64,000 bases of DNA. Source: Mobula hypostoma. Lineage: Eukaryota. Numbering within the stretch: position 1 is the first letter of the stretch; each line of letters opens with the position of its first letter. Of the stretch, positions 49,686 to 63,085 are shown one piece after another. The DNA lies in assembly GCF_963921235.1 (NCBI RefSeq), contig NC_086107.1:93808001-93872000 (forward strand), read 5' to 3'. The translations under genes and the position numbers were made by a program. Under the pieces are notes generated by a model. The model ran no database searches. It was not told where the DNA came from and was given only the letters and a program-made list of their open reading frames with translations.

Positions 49686-50760
49686 AGTCAAGTCACTTTT
49701 TATTGTCATTTTGACCATAACTGCTGGTACAGTACACAGTAAATATGAGACGACGTTTTTCAGGACCATGGTGCTACATGAACTACACTGAACTACGTAA
49801 AAAAAACAACACAAAACTACACTAGACTACAGACCTACCCAGGACTGCATAAAGTGCACAAAACAGTGCAGGCATTACAATAAATAATAAACAAGACAAT
49901 AGGCACAGTAGAGGGCAGTAGGTTGGTGTCAGTCCAGGCTCTGGGCATTGAGGAGTCTGATGACTTGGGGGAAGAAGCTGTTACATAGTCTGGACGTGAG
50001 AACCTGATCACTTCGGTGCCTTTTGCCATATGGCAGGAGGGAGAAGAGTTTGTATGAGGGGTGCGTGGGGTCCTTCATAATGCTGTTTGCTTTACGGATG
50101 CAGTGTGTGGTGTAAATGTCTCTAATGGCAGGAAAAGAGATCCCGATGATCTTCTCAGCTGACCTCACTATCCGCTGCAGGGTCTTACGATCAGAGATAA
50201 TGCAATTTCCAAACCAGGCAGTGATGCAGCTGCTCAGGATGCTCTCAATACAACCTCTGTAGAATGTGGTGAGGATGGGGGGGTGGGAGATGGACTTTTC
50301 TCAGCCTTCGCAGAAAGTAGAGACACTGCTGGGCTTTCTTTGCTATGGAGCTGGTGTTGACGGACCAGGTGAGATTCTCCACCAGGTGAACACCAAGAAA
50401 TTTGGTGCTCTTAATGATCTCTACGGAGGAGTCGTCGATGTTCAGTGGAGAGTGGTCATTCCGTGTCCTCCTGAAGTCAACAACCATCTCTTTTGTTTTG
50501 TTCACATTCAGAGACAGGTTGTTGGCTCTGCACCAGTCCGTTAGCCGCTGCATCTCCTCTCTGTATGTTGACTCATCGTTCTTGCTGATGAGACCCACCA
50601 TGGTCGTGTCATCGGCGAACGTGATGATGTGGTTCGAGCTGTGTGTTGCAGCACAGTCGTGGGTCAGCAGAGTGAACAGCAGTGGACTGAGCACACAGCC
50701 CTGGGGGACCCTGTGCTCAGTGTGATGGTGTTGGAGATGCTGCTCCCGATCCGGACTGTA
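49686..50760 (-). mobile_element. Rex1/Babar LINE RT plus 3' end
   Basis: PQGCVLSPLLFTLLTHDC, FADD, LNVNKTKEMVVDFRR, KFLGV; IMKDPTHPSYKLFSLLP. Confidence 0.9.
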
Positions 50761-50865
50761 GTCACTAATAAACCAGCAACTCACTGTCTGCTGATTCGTC
50801 ATCTCGAACTTAGAACAGTACAGCGCAGGAACAGGCCTTTGATCCCACAATGTTATGCTGAACCA

Positions 50866-51436
50866 AACTCAGTGGCCACTTTATAAGGTATTAGAGTGTA
50901 CCTAATAAAGTGGCCACTGGAGTGGAACCCGGTTTGGTCTTCTGCAGCTGTAACCCACCCACTTCAAGGCTCAACGTGTTGTGCGTTCAGAGATGTCCTT
51001 CTGCACACCACTGTTGTAATGCATAGTTACCTGAGTTACTGTCACCTTCCTGTCAGCTTGATCCAGTTCCCCACCTCCACCACAACCTTTCTCATAAACA
51101 CGGTGCTTTCACTCACTGAACTGCCACACTCTGCATGGCTTTTGTTTCTCACGCCATTCTCTGCAAACTCTAGGGACTGTTATCCATAAAGATCCCAGGG
51201 GGTCAGCAGTCTCTGAGATACTCAAACTACCCCATCTGGCACCAACAATCATTCCTCAGTCAAAGTCACTTAAATCACATTTCTTCCCCCAACCTGATGT
51301 TTGCTCTGAACAACTGAACCTCTTGCTAATGTCTGCATGCTTTTATGTAGTTAATTGCTGCCACATGATAGGCTGATTAGATATTTGCAGTAACAAGCAG
51401 GTGTGGAGATATATCTAATAATCTGGCTACTGAGTG
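50866..51436 (-). mobile_element. Tc1 deletion derivative with hairpin end
   Basis: Hairpin cagtggccactttataaggta...tacctaataaagtggccactg (50870-50920); TIR plus TA at 51436. Confidence 0.85.
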
Positions 51437-51619
51437 TAATTTAGCTAATGACACCTAATTAAAACTAATCCTTTCTGTCGGCACATGGTCGCGATCCCTC
51501 CGCTCGGCACATTCATGTGCCTATGTAAGAGCCCCGTAAACACCTATTTCGTATCTGTTTCCACCAGCACCTCTGGCAGCACGCTGCAGGTTCTCACCAC
51601 TCATCTCCTTTAAACTTCC

Positions 51620-52180
51620 TAAACACGAGAGGCTCGGCAGATGCTGGAAGTCCACAGCAACACACGCAAGATGCTGGAGGAACTCAAGAATGTCAGGAAA
51701 CGTCAAAGGAGGGGAATAAATTGCTGACGTTTCGGGCCGAGGCCTTTCATCGGGGCTGGAAAAGAGAGGGGAAGACGCCAGAATGAAAATGTGGGGGAGG
51801 GGAAGGAATACAAGCTGGCAGGTGATAGGTGGGTGTGGGGATAAAGTAAGAAGCTGAGAGGGGATTGGTGAGGGGCTGAAGAAGCAATATGATAGGAGAA
51901 GAGAGTGGACGGTGGGAGATAGAAGAGGAGGAGGGACACCAGAGGGAGGTGATAGGCAGTTGAGGAGAAGAGAAGAGGTAAGAGTTGAGTCAGAATGGGG
52001 AATGGAAAAAAGAAGACGGGGGGGGGAAATGATCAGGGGTTAGACAAACCGATGTTCATGCCATCAGGTTGAAGGCTACCCAGATGGAATATGACGTGCT
52101 GCTCCTCCAGCCTAAAAGTGGCCTCATCCTAGTGGTAGAGGAGGCCTTGGAATAACAGATTGGAATGGGAATGGGACTTG
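51620..52180 (-). mobile_element. PLE 3' end inserted in a CR1 tail
   Basis: Minus strand LEEQHVIFHLGSLQPDGMN plus pLTR. Confidence 0.8.
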
Positions 52181-53139
52181 CCCCCTCAACTTAAATCTAT
52201 GCCCTCTAGTCTTAGACATTTCAAACCTGAGGAATCTCACTAAATTGTTGCAGAATCCGGTGTGTGGGGAACCCTATATCCAGCAGTATTCTGATTTTAC
52301 CTCTATCGTCTAGCCCCAAAACCACTAGCACCATCTTTTCCTGCTGAACCCCATTATAATCATCTGCTTGGTGAACTAATATTGTTATCAACACATTTAC
52401 ATAGAAACCCTCTCCCTCTCGCTCGCTGCTTCCAGAGGAAGGTGCAGGAATATTGGGTCTTGGGCAAGGCTTGATTGGTACGGTTTGTGGATTGGAATCA
52501 TTTTAAGAGGACTCTGCAGTTCATGTTATACGTGTTACTCCTTTTTTTAAATTGCCCTTTTGATCAGGGTGGACCGGCTGTGTGGCTGCAGTCGATGATC
52601 GACATAGTGCTAAATTAAACTGAATTGAACTGAACATTCCTAGTCTGTTTCAAAGACTCTGTGGTTTGATGTTTAATATTCTGTGCGTTATTCACTCGTT
52701 TTTTGCCAATTGCACGATTTGTTCTATTTTTCTGCGCTTTGGGTGTTTGATATTTTCTTCGAATGGATTCCATGATGTTTCTTTGTTTCATGGCTGTCTG
52801 TGGGAAGACAAATCTCAGGGTTGCATACTGCATACGTACTTTGAGGATAATGTACTTTGAATCTGTGAAAAGCTTATCTTGTATACTGTTTATTTAGAAA
52901 TTACAATTACAAATGCAGAATTTAGAATGAAGGGACATATGATGCATGATACAGAACCTTATTTTAAAGCAGTGATTGACAACCAAGCATGCAGACTCTT
53001 TAGGGGTTGTGACTTCTGCTTCTAATCACCTACCTTCTCAAGGCAAGGTAACGGGTCTCTGCTGACCACAAACACAACAGCTGCACAGGTGTTCTATCTT
53101 TAAGATCACATTGAATGTTAATTATATCTTTGCGGTATC

Positions 53140-53245
53140 ATCTATCCATCTATACACTTATCCATCTATCCACCCATCCATCTGTCCACCCATCTTTCTA
53201 ATCCATCCAACCATCCATTTATCTATCCAACTATCCACCATCCCC
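53140..53245. repeat. Degenerate (CCAT/CTAT)n microsatellite
   Basis: Directly visible. Confidence 0.85.
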
Positions 53246-53379
53246 TATGCACCCTCTCTAAAGCTTCCACAATGAGACAACCAAAACAGAATACAATATT
53301 CCATCTCATTACCATTCATTGGCATTGTTCCTTAATTATAAAACATCTCAAAAACTCTAAGATAGCTATTAAGAATGGC

Positions 53380-53620
53380 GACACAAGAGATTCTGCAGGT
53401 GCTGGAATCTGGAGCAACGAACAAAATGCTGGATGAACCCAGCAGGTCAGGCAGCATCTGTGGAGGGAAATGATGATCGATGTTTTGGTTTGAGAACCTT
53501 CACCTAGACTGAAAGATAGAATATTGGTAAAGTTCAGATGAAGGGTCTCAACCCGAAATGTTGACTGTCCATTCCACTTCAACGACGCTGGCTGAGCTCC
53601 TCCAGCACTTATGTTTGTTC
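53380..53620. mobile_element. Older PLE inverted pLTR pair
   Basis: Inverted pLTR at 53380-53510 and direct gatgaagggtctcaacccgaaatgttgactg. Confidence 0.75.
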
Positions 53621-55309
53621 CTAGCTGAAACAGAGTGTTGTTCTAAGATCGTGACTGCAATCCTTTCTTTCTTTCTTCCAACTTCCCAATCACCTCTGCT
53701 CTTCTATTCTAATACAGATTAGCTTTATTTATCACACGTATTTCAAAACATGCTGTGAAATGCGTTGTTTGCGTCATCGAGCAGCGCGGTCCCAGGATGC
53801 GCTAAGGGCAGCCCGCAAGTGGTGCCGTGCTTCCGAGGCCAACGTAGCACGCCCACGACCTATAACCCTAACCCGTACGTCACTGGAATGTGGGAGGAGC
53901 CAGAGCGTCCACGCGGTCACGGGGAGAACGTGCAAGCTCCTTGCAGACGCCAGCAGGAATGAACCACAATTGCTGGTGCTGTAAAGCACTGCACTCACGG
54001 CTTCACCGCCAAGCTTCTGGGCAATTAGAAAAGTCACCTAACAAGCCCAAAAGTGAGTCAACTCTGTGCTGGTCTCCACATTCAGAGCTCAAAGTAAATT
54101 TCATATGAAAGCATGTTGCCCTATATTACCTTGACATTCATTTTCTTGCAGGCGTGTACAGGAAAACGAAGAAATACAATAGAATTAATGGAAAACTATA
54201 CATGAGCAAAGACTGATGAACAATCATGTGCAGAATACAAATTATGCAAAGTAAAATAAATAGACAGATAGATTAATTAATTAATTAAGCTGCGAGCAAC
54301 CAGCCAAGTTACAGGGTTTGAGGGACACCACGATATAGTTAGCTCACTTTCTCCACTGTGCCACACAACCACCCACTCAAAGCCCTGAACACAGCTCCAC
54401 AGAACATGGACCACTCCCACACTCACCCCCACCACCATTACCACACATCCCTCTCCCTCTCCCCCACCCCCTCCTTCTCCCCCTCCCTCCTCTTCCTTCT
54501 CCCTGTCTCTCTCTCTCTCTTCTCCTCTCCTTCTCTCTCTCTCTCACTGGCACACTATCTCCTGACAGAGCATATCTAAATATAGGAAACCTTTTGCTGA
54601 AGCTTGAGGATTGATGTCGGACAGAAATCAGTCATTACATAATGGGATTACTATTAGAAAGCTGCACTTAATGATGTTACAGCAGATTGCAGGGCAAATA
54701 TAGTGTGTAAAATAATTTCAGGTATGTGCAGAATCCATTGAAGTCTCAAAATAATTGAGCTTAAGGCCAAAGAGTTGCATTACTGCCAGTAACCTGGATA
54801 ACCTGTCAAATCAAGTTGGTGTTAAATGCCACCAAGTCCTTTCCACTCATTAGCCGACAGCCTTTCATTATATAAAAGGGACATCTACGATTAGCCTCAA
54901 ACTAGGATCCAGATACTGAACGATAAGTGCTTTCCTGGAAGCTAAGGACAAATCCGACCTTCATTACTCTCCTCCGGATACTCAGGGAATAATATATAAG
55001 TTTGGGTAGGTTAGGGGGGTGATATGATGGGGAAAGGGCACTGGCCGGTGATACCTGTTCTACACACCCTGGTATTAGTCTCATCTGAAGGGTTACGGCC
55101 TCAAGACCCACCCAGACTTTATTGCACACAATTCTAAGCTTACAGCCATTAACAAGCAGTAGTTAACAGCAGTCAGTTAATTTTCTAGCATAACCCTGGG
55201 GTGTGACCATGATGTCCTCATTGATATCAGGGACAGGAAAGCTCACCAATGCCTCTAATTCCTCAGGAAGCTAAAGAAATTCAGCATGAACCCGTTGACT
55301 CGTACCAAA

Positions 55310-56345
55310 AAATATAAATATTGAGGTAGTAAGGTGGATTTGACATTGGGTTTGCAAGAGAAGCCAGAGAGTGATAGTAGCTGGTTGCCCCTCTCTGGAC
55401 TGGGCACCTGTGACTAGTGGAGTGCCACAGGGATTGGTGCAGGGATTATCCATATCAATGATCTGTATGATAATGCGGTAAATCAGATCAGCGAATTTGC
55501 AGGTGACGCCAAAATTGGGGGTGTGGCTATCAAAAGCTAGCAGCAGGATCTTGACCAGCTGGGAAAATGGCAGATGAAGTTTAATGCAGACAAGGGTGAG
55601 GTGTTGCACTTTGGGTGGACAAACCAGGTTAGGGTTTACATGGTTAGTGTTAGGGCACTGCAGAGTGTGGTAGATAAGAGGGATCTGGGAATACAAATCC
55701 ATAACCCCTTAAAAATTACATCACAGGTAGATAGGGCTGTAGAGAGAGCTTCTGGCACATTGGCCTTTATAAAGCAGCTATTGAGTACAGGAGTCAGCAT
55801 GTTATGTTGAAGTTGTGTAAGACTCGAAGACTAATATGGAATATTATGTGTAGTTTTGGTTATTTACCAAGAGGAAAGATATCAATAAGATTGAAAGAGT
55901 ACAGAAAAAAATAACAAGGATGTGGCTGGGACTTCGGGACCCGAGTTATAGGGAAAGGTTGAATTAGGTTAAAACTTTATTCCCTGGAGAAAAGCAGAAT
56001 GAAGGATGTTTTGATAGAGGTATACAAAACTATGAGGGGTACAGATAAGGTAAATGCAAGCAGGCGTTTTCCACTGAGGTTTGGTGAGATGAGAACTGGA
56101 GGTCGTAGGTTAAGGGCAAAAGGTGAAATGTTGAATGTTTTACTCAGATGGTGGTGCAAGTGTGGATCAAGCTGCGAGCGGAAGTAGTGGATGCGGGTTC
56201 AATTGTAACATTTAAGAGAAGTTTGAATAAGTACGGGATCGGAGGGGTATGGAGGGCTGTGGGCCGATGGAACTAGGCATGGCTTGGCATGGACTAGATG
56301 GACTGAAGGGCCTGTTTCTCTGCTGTAGTGCTCTATGACTCTATA
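55310..56345 (+). mobile_element. CR1 3' remnant
   Basis: VTSGVPQG, KFNADKGEVLHFG; ctctatgactctat tail. Confidence 0.85.
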
Positions 56346-57139
56346 TTATTCCAAAGGTATAGAAACCAGAACTTTATGCAGCTCTCACCGTGCCTACCCT
56401 TAAGGCATTATGTAAAGGCACTTCAAATTCTCCCCCAATATACCCTTCAATAAAAGGACAGCAATCTAACAGCCCGCTTACTTGATGTACCTCCCTGCTA
56501 ACCTTGTGTTTCATGTACCAGAGCTCCCAGATCTTCACGTACTACAACATAGACACCGCGATAGTGCAGCTAGATAGATACTTTATTGATTCCAAAGGAA
56601 ATCACAGTGTCACAGTAGCATTACAACTGCACAGATGCACACATATACAAATATTAGAAGAGAAGTAGAAAGAATAAAGATAAGTTATCTCAACCAGTCT
56701 ACCAGGAGGGGGTCATCACTTCCCTGGCTATAGGTTGACTCATTATAGAGCCTGATGGCCGAGGGTAAGAATGACCTCATAGCGCTCTTTGGAGCAGAAC
56801 AGTTGTCTTAGTCTGTTACTAAAAGTGCTCCTCTGTTCAGCCAAGGTGGCATGCAGAGGGTGAGAAACATTGTCCAGAATTGCCAGGATTTTCCGTAGCG
56901 TCCTTTGTTCTACCACAGCCTCCCGTGTGTCCAGTTTGACTCCTATAACAGAGCCAGACTTTCTAATCAGTTTATTGAGCCTGTTGGCATCAGTCGTGTT
57001 GATGCCATTGCCCCAGCACACCACCGCAAAGCAATTCACCTCACCATGTGTGAGTTGGAGGTCTGGATCAAAGCCCGGTAGATCGAAGGTCCAGATCAAA
57101 GTCCGAAGGCCGATTGTAAGTCCAGAAACTGAGGCCCAG

Positions 57140-57900
57140 TAAAACCAAGGAGCTGATTATGCACTTCAGGAGGAGGAAACCAGAGGTCCATGAGCCAGTC
57201 CTCATCGGGGATCAGAGGTGGAGAGGGTCAGCAACTTTAAATCCCTATATTTCAGAGGACCTGTCCTGGGCCCAGCACGAAACTGCAATTACAAAGAAAG
57301 CACGACAGCACCTCTACTTCCTTAGGAGTTTGTGAAGACTCGGTATGACATCTAAAATTCTGACAAACTTTTCTTCTTGTGTGGTGGAGGGTATGTCAAC
57401 TGGCTGCATCACAGTCTGGTATGGAAACACCAATGCCCTTGAACAGAAAATCCTATGAAAAGTAATAAAGTAATGGATACAGTCCAGCCAATCATGGGTA
57501 AAGCCCTTCCCACCATTGAGCACATCGACATGGAGCATTGTTGCAGAAAAGCAGCATCCATCATCAGGGACCCCCATCACCCAGGACATATTCTCTTCTT
57601 GCTGCCGCCATCAGGAAGGTACAGGAGCCTCAGGACTCACACCACCAGTTTAGGAACAGTTATTACCCTTCAACCATCAGGCTCTTGAACCAAAGGGGAT
57701 AACTTCACTCACCCCAACACTGAACTGTTCCCATAGCCCATGGACTCACTTTCAAAGACTCTTCATCTCATGTTCTCGATATTTAATACTTTTTGTCTAT
57801 TATTATTTTTCTGTGTTTGCATATTTTGTTGTCTTTTAAACACTGTTTGAACTCACTAAATGTACTTTGATAATAAATTTATTTTAAATGTTGAACTTTA
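57140..57900 (+). mobile_element. Rex1/Babar LINE 3' remnant
   Basis: KARQHLYFLRSL, TGCITVWYGN, IIRDPHHPGHILFLLPPSGRYRS. Confidence 0.85.
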
Positions 57901-58002
57901 CAGACTTGTGGTTCTACATTCACAAGGTAAATGAAGACAAATCCAAATTTGTATCCAAATGCAAATTACCAACAACATCATGTTCCTAAGCATAACAAGT
58001 AC

Positions 58003-59220
58003 ATGCAGCAGCTGCTTAATATCTACGTCCTGTACCTAATAAAGTGGCCACTGTATGTATGTTTGTGGACTCCTGCAGTCGTAGCCCATCTACTTCAACG
58101 ATCGATGTGTTGTGCGTGCAGGCATGTTCTTCTGCACACCACTGTGGTAACCGTCAACACAAGGAAATCTGCAGATGCTGGAAATTCAAGCAACACACAT
58201 AAAAAATGCTGCTGGAATGCAGCAGGACAGGCAGCATCTCTAGGAAGAGGTACAGTCGATGTTTTGGGCCGAGACCCTTTGTCAGGACTAACTGAAAGAA
58301 GAGATAGTAGGAGATGTGGAAGTGGGAGGGGGAGGAGGAGATCCGAAATGATAGGAGAAGACAGGAGGGGGAGGGATGGAGCCAAGAGCTGGAAAGTTGA
58401 TTGGCAAAAGGGATACGAGGCTGGAGAAGGGAGAAGATCATGGGACGGGAGGCCAAGGGAGAAAGAAAGGGGGAGGGGAGCCCAGAGGATGGGCAAGGAG
58501 TTATAGTGAGAGGGGCAGAGGGAGAAAAAATAGAGGGGGGGGAATTAAATAAATAGATAGATATTTAAATAAATAAATAAGGGATAGGGTACGAAGGGGA
58601 GGTGGGGCATAAACAAAAGTTAGAGAAGTCAATGTTCATGTCATCAGGTTGCAGGCTAACCAGACGGAATTAGGTTGGAGGCTACCCAGATGGAACTCTC
58701 TTACTATCTCTTCTTTCAGTTAGTCCTGACGAAGGGTCTCAGCCCAAAACGTCGACTGTACCTCTTCCTATAGATGCTGCCTGGCCTGCTGCATTCACCA
58801 GCACTTTTTATAACTGTTGTAACCGTGGTTTTTTGAGTTGCTGTCACCTCCTTGTCAACTTGAACCAATCTGGCCATTCTCCTCTGACCTCTCTCATTAA
58901 AAAGTGCCCACAGAACTGCTGCTCTCTGGATGTTTTTTTGTTTTTCAAACCATTCTCTGTAAACTCTAGATACTGTTGCGTGTGAAAATCCCAGGAGATC
59001 AACAGTTTCTGAAATAATCAAACCACCCCATCTGGCACCAACAATCATTCCACTGTCAAAGTCACTTAGATCACATTTCTTGCCTATTCTGATGTTTGCT
59101 CTGAACAACTGAACCTCTGCATGCTTTTAAGCATTGAGCTTCTGCCACATGATTGGCTGATCAGATATTTGCAATAACAAGCAGGTGTACAGGTGTCACT
59201 AATATAGTAGCCACTGAGTG
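58003..59220 (-). mobile_element. Tc1 deletion derivative split by a PLE insertion
   Basis: ORF 58716-59108 GKKCDLSDFDSGMIVGARWGG...LLGFSHATVSRVYREW; TIR plus TA at 59220. Confidence 0.85.
58155..58812 (-). mobile_element. PLE insertion with inverted partial pLTR
   Basis: 14-bp TSD actgt(g/t)gtaaccgt (58141-58154, 58813-58826); opposed hammerhead-like motifs at 58253-58289 and 58721-58757. Confidence 0.9.
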
Positions 59221-59440
59221 TATGCCTTTCAAATCCAAGGACGACAGGAATCATCAGGTGAAGTATGGAAGCAGTTAGACTGTTTTCATCACTTCCCTCA
59301 CTGTGCTCTTCTTGCTAATGAGGCAAAGTAAAAATTCAAGGGCCTAGATACTGAAACTAATTGTCAATGGAAATTGTCAGTGTTGATCACATGGGTCTGG
59401 GAATAACACACTACATTTTCATAGAACCATAGAACCATAG

Positions 59441-62265
59441 AGGGCGTGGATTGACACGTGGAATTATGATGTTGTAGCAATTAGTGAAACTTGGCTACAG
59501 GAGGGGCAGGACTGGCAGCTTAATATTCCAGGGTTCCGATGTTTCAGATGTGATCGAGGCAGAAGAATGAAAGGTGGGGGAGTAGCATTGCTTGTTAGGG
59601 AAAATATTACAGCAGTGCTCAGGCAGGACAGATTAGAGGGCTTGTCTACTGAGTCCTTATGGGTGGAGCTGAGAAACAGGAAAGGTATGGCCACATTAGT
59701 GGGATTGTATTACAGACCACCCAATAGTCAACGAGACTTGGAAGAGCAAATCTGCAGAGAGATAGCAGGCAACTGCAGGAAACATAAAGTTGTGGTGGTA
59801 GGGGATTTTAATTTTCCATACATTGATTGGGACTCCCATACTGTTAGGGGTCTAGATGGTTTAGAGTTTGTAAAATGTGTTCAGGAAAGTTTTCTAAATC
59901 AGTATATAGAGGAACCAACTAGAGGGGATGCAATATTGGATCTCCTGTTAGGAAACGAATTAGGGCAAGTGACACAAGTCTGTGTAGGGGAGCACTTTGG
60001 TTCCAGTGATCATAACACCATTAGTTTCAATTTGATCATGGACAAGGATAGATCTGGTCCTAGGGTTGAGGTTCTGAACTGGAAGAAGGCCAAATTTGAA
60101 GAAATGAGAAAGGATCTAAAAAGCGTGGACTGGGACAGGTTGTTCTCTGGCAAAGATGTGATTGGTAGGTGGGAAGCCTTCAAAGGGGAAATTTTGAGAG
60201 TGCAGAGTTTGTATGTTCCTGTCAGGATTAAAGGCAAATTGAATAGGAATAAGGAACCTTGGTTCTCAAGGGATATTGCAACTCTGATAAAGAAGAAGAG
60301 GGAGTTGTATGAAATGTATAGGAAACAGGGGGTAAATCAGGTGCTTGAGGAGTATAAGAAGTGCAAGAAAATACTTAAGAAAGAAATCAGGAGGGCAAAA
60401 AGAAGACATGAGGTTGCCTTGGCAGTCAAAGTGAAGGATAATCCAAAGAGCTTTTACAAGTATATTAAGAGCAACAGGATTGTAAGGGATAAAATTGGTC
60501 CTCTTGAAGATCAGAGTGGTCGGCTTTGTGCGGAACCAAAGGAAATGGGGGAGATCTTAAATAGGTTTTTTGCGTCTGTATTTACTAAGGAAGCTGGCAT
60601 GAAATCTATGGAATTGAGGGAATCAAGTAGTGAGACCATGGAAACTGTACAGATTGAAAAGGAGGAGGTGCTTGCTGTCTTGAGGAAAATTAAAGTGGAT
60701 AAATCCCCGGGACCTGACAGAGTGTTCCTTCGGACCTTGAAGGAGACTAGTGTTGAAATTGCGGGGGCCCTGGCAGAAATATTTAAAATGTCGCTGTCTA
60801 CGGGTGAAGTGCCGGAGGATTGGAGAGTGGCTCATGTTGTTCCGTTGTTTAAAAAAGGATTGAAAAGTAATCCTGGAAATTATAGGCCGGTGAGTTTAAC
60901 GTCAGTAGTAGGTAAGTTATTGGAGGGAGTACTAAGAGACAGAATCTACAAGCATTTGGATAGACAGGGGCTTATTAGGGAGAGTCAACATGGCTTTGTG
61001 CGTGGTAGGTCATGTTTGACCAATCTGTTGGAGTTTTTCGAGGAGGTTACCAGGAAAGTGGATGAAGGGAAGGCAGTGGATATTGTCTACATGGACAAGG
61101 CCTTTGACAAGGTCCCACATGGGAGGTTAGTTAGGAAAATTCAGTCGCTAGGTATACATGGAGAGGTGGTAAATTGGATTAGACATTGACTCGATGGAAG
61201 AAGCCAGAGAGTGGTGGTAGAGAATTGCTTCTCTGAAGGAGGCCTGTGACTAGTGGTGTGCCACAGGGATCAGTGCTGGGTCCATTGTTATTTGTCATCT
61301 ATATCAATGATCTGGATGATAATGTGGTAAATTGGATCAGCAAATTTGCTGATGATACAAAGATTGGAGGCGTAGTAGACAGCGAGAAGGGTTTTCAGAG
61401 CCTGCAGAGGGACTTGGACCAGCTGGAAAAATGGGCTGAAAAATGGCAGATGGAGTTTAATACTGACAAGTGTGAGGTATTGCACGTTGGAAGGATAAAC
61501 CAACGTAGAACATACAGGGTTAATGGTAAGGCACTGAGGAGTGCAGTGGAACAGAGGGATCTGGGAATACAGATACAAAATTCCCTAAAAGTGTCGTCAC
61601 AGGTAGATAGGGTCATAAAGAGAGCTTTTGGTACATTGGCCTTTATTAATCGAAGTATTGAGTATAAGAGCTGGAATGTTATGATGAGGTTGTATAAGGC
61701 ATTGGTGAGGCCGAATCGGGAGTATTCTGTTCAGTTTTGGTCACCAAATTACAGGAAGGATATAAATAAGGTTGAAAGAGTGCAGAGAAGGTTTACAAGG
61801 ATGTTGCTGCGACTTGAGAAACTCAGTTACAGAGAAAGGTTGAATAAGTTAGGACTTTATTCCCTGGAGTGTAGAAGAATGAGGGGAGATTTGATAGAGG
61901 TATCTAAAATTATGATGGGTATAGACAGAGTGAATGCAAGCAGGCTTTTTCCACTGAGGCAAGGGGAGAAAAAAACCAGAGGACATGGGTTAAGGGCGAG
62001 GGGGGAAAAGTTTAAAGGGAACATTAGGGGGGGCTTCTTCACACAGAGAGTGGTGGGAGTATGGAATGAGCTGCCAGACGAGATGGTAAATGCGGGTTCT
62101 TTTTTAACATTTAAGAATAAATTAGACAGATACATGGATGGGAGGTGTATGGAGGGATATGGTCCGTGTGCAGGTCAGTAGGACTAGGCAGAAAATGGTT
62201 CGGCACAGCCAAGAAGGGCCAAAGGGCCTGTTTCTGTGCTGTAGTTTCTATGGTTCTATGGTTCT
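59441..62265 (+). pseudogene. CR1 LINE, nearly complete ORF2 (APE plus RT), inactivated
   Basis: YDVVAISETWL, YYRPP, GDFN, SDH; RT KSPGPD, QHGF, PQGSVLGP, FADD; YMDKAFD lacks two residues; stop at 61187-61189 then frameshift; (tctatggt)n tail. Confidence 0.95.
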
Positions 62266-62879
62266 GAGCCACCAGGGTATCCCTGCACACAATACAGCTG
62301 TACGGCTTGATCGGCAGAGATGTCACTCACTCGGTGTGCCAGCCAGAGAAGTGCTGATTGGGTTGCAATTTTCAGGGGCACTAACCAATAAACCATTTCA
62401 CCCTCCACTGAGATCATAGCTAATCTTCTGTCTTGATGACGTTTCCCCACTCTATCCCTCAGTTCCCAGAACGATATCCTCGTGCTGCAACGCTGCTAGA
62501 GGGCTGACTGTTAAATCGCAGTTCAATTCAGCCACCGTCAGTAAGGAGTTTGCACGTTCTGTTCATGACCGCGTGGGTTTCCTCCCACATTCCAAAGGCG
62601 TATAGGTTAGGGTTAGTAAGTTGTGGGCATGCTATACAGGCGCCGGAAATGTGGCAACACTTGCGGCTGTCCAGAAGAAATCCACATTGAATTGATCTGA
62701 TGCAAAATTATGCATTTCACTGTATGTTTTAACGTACATGTGACAAATAAAGCTAATTTTTCTTTTTATTCCAGAAGATTCAAAAATCACTCATGGTTTT
62801 GAACTAATTTAAGAGAATTCCAAAGGTTTGTCACCGCGTGGATGAAGAAACCTGTCCTTCAGTCAGTCCAAAACAACTG

Positions 62880-63054
62880 ACACACACACACACACACACC
62901 TGGAGGAACTCGGCAGGTCAGGCAGTATCTATAAAGGAAAATAAGTTGTTGACAATTCGGGCCAAGACCCTTCATCAGGGCAATGAAAGGTTTCTGCCTC
63001 AGTCGTCAACTGTTCATTTCCCACTATACATGCTGCCGCCTGACCTGCTGAGTT

Positions 63055-63085
<31 letters not shown>
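62880..63085. mobile_element. Old PLE inverted pLTR pair bounded by (CA)n and (TG)n
   Basis: cacaca-ctggaggaactcggcaggtc ... gacctgctgagt-tgtgtg. Confidence 0.75.

Noticed and set aside
50245..50850. Host gene (ALKBH8-N/DUF1891-like KKAQQCLYFLRRL motif)
   Set aside because: This motif is a normal part of Rex1/Babar RT C-termini and recurs in decayed copies.
59567..62181. Active CR1
   Set aside because: No ORF1 or 5' UTR, a deletion in the DFxKAFD motif, a premature stop and a frameshift.
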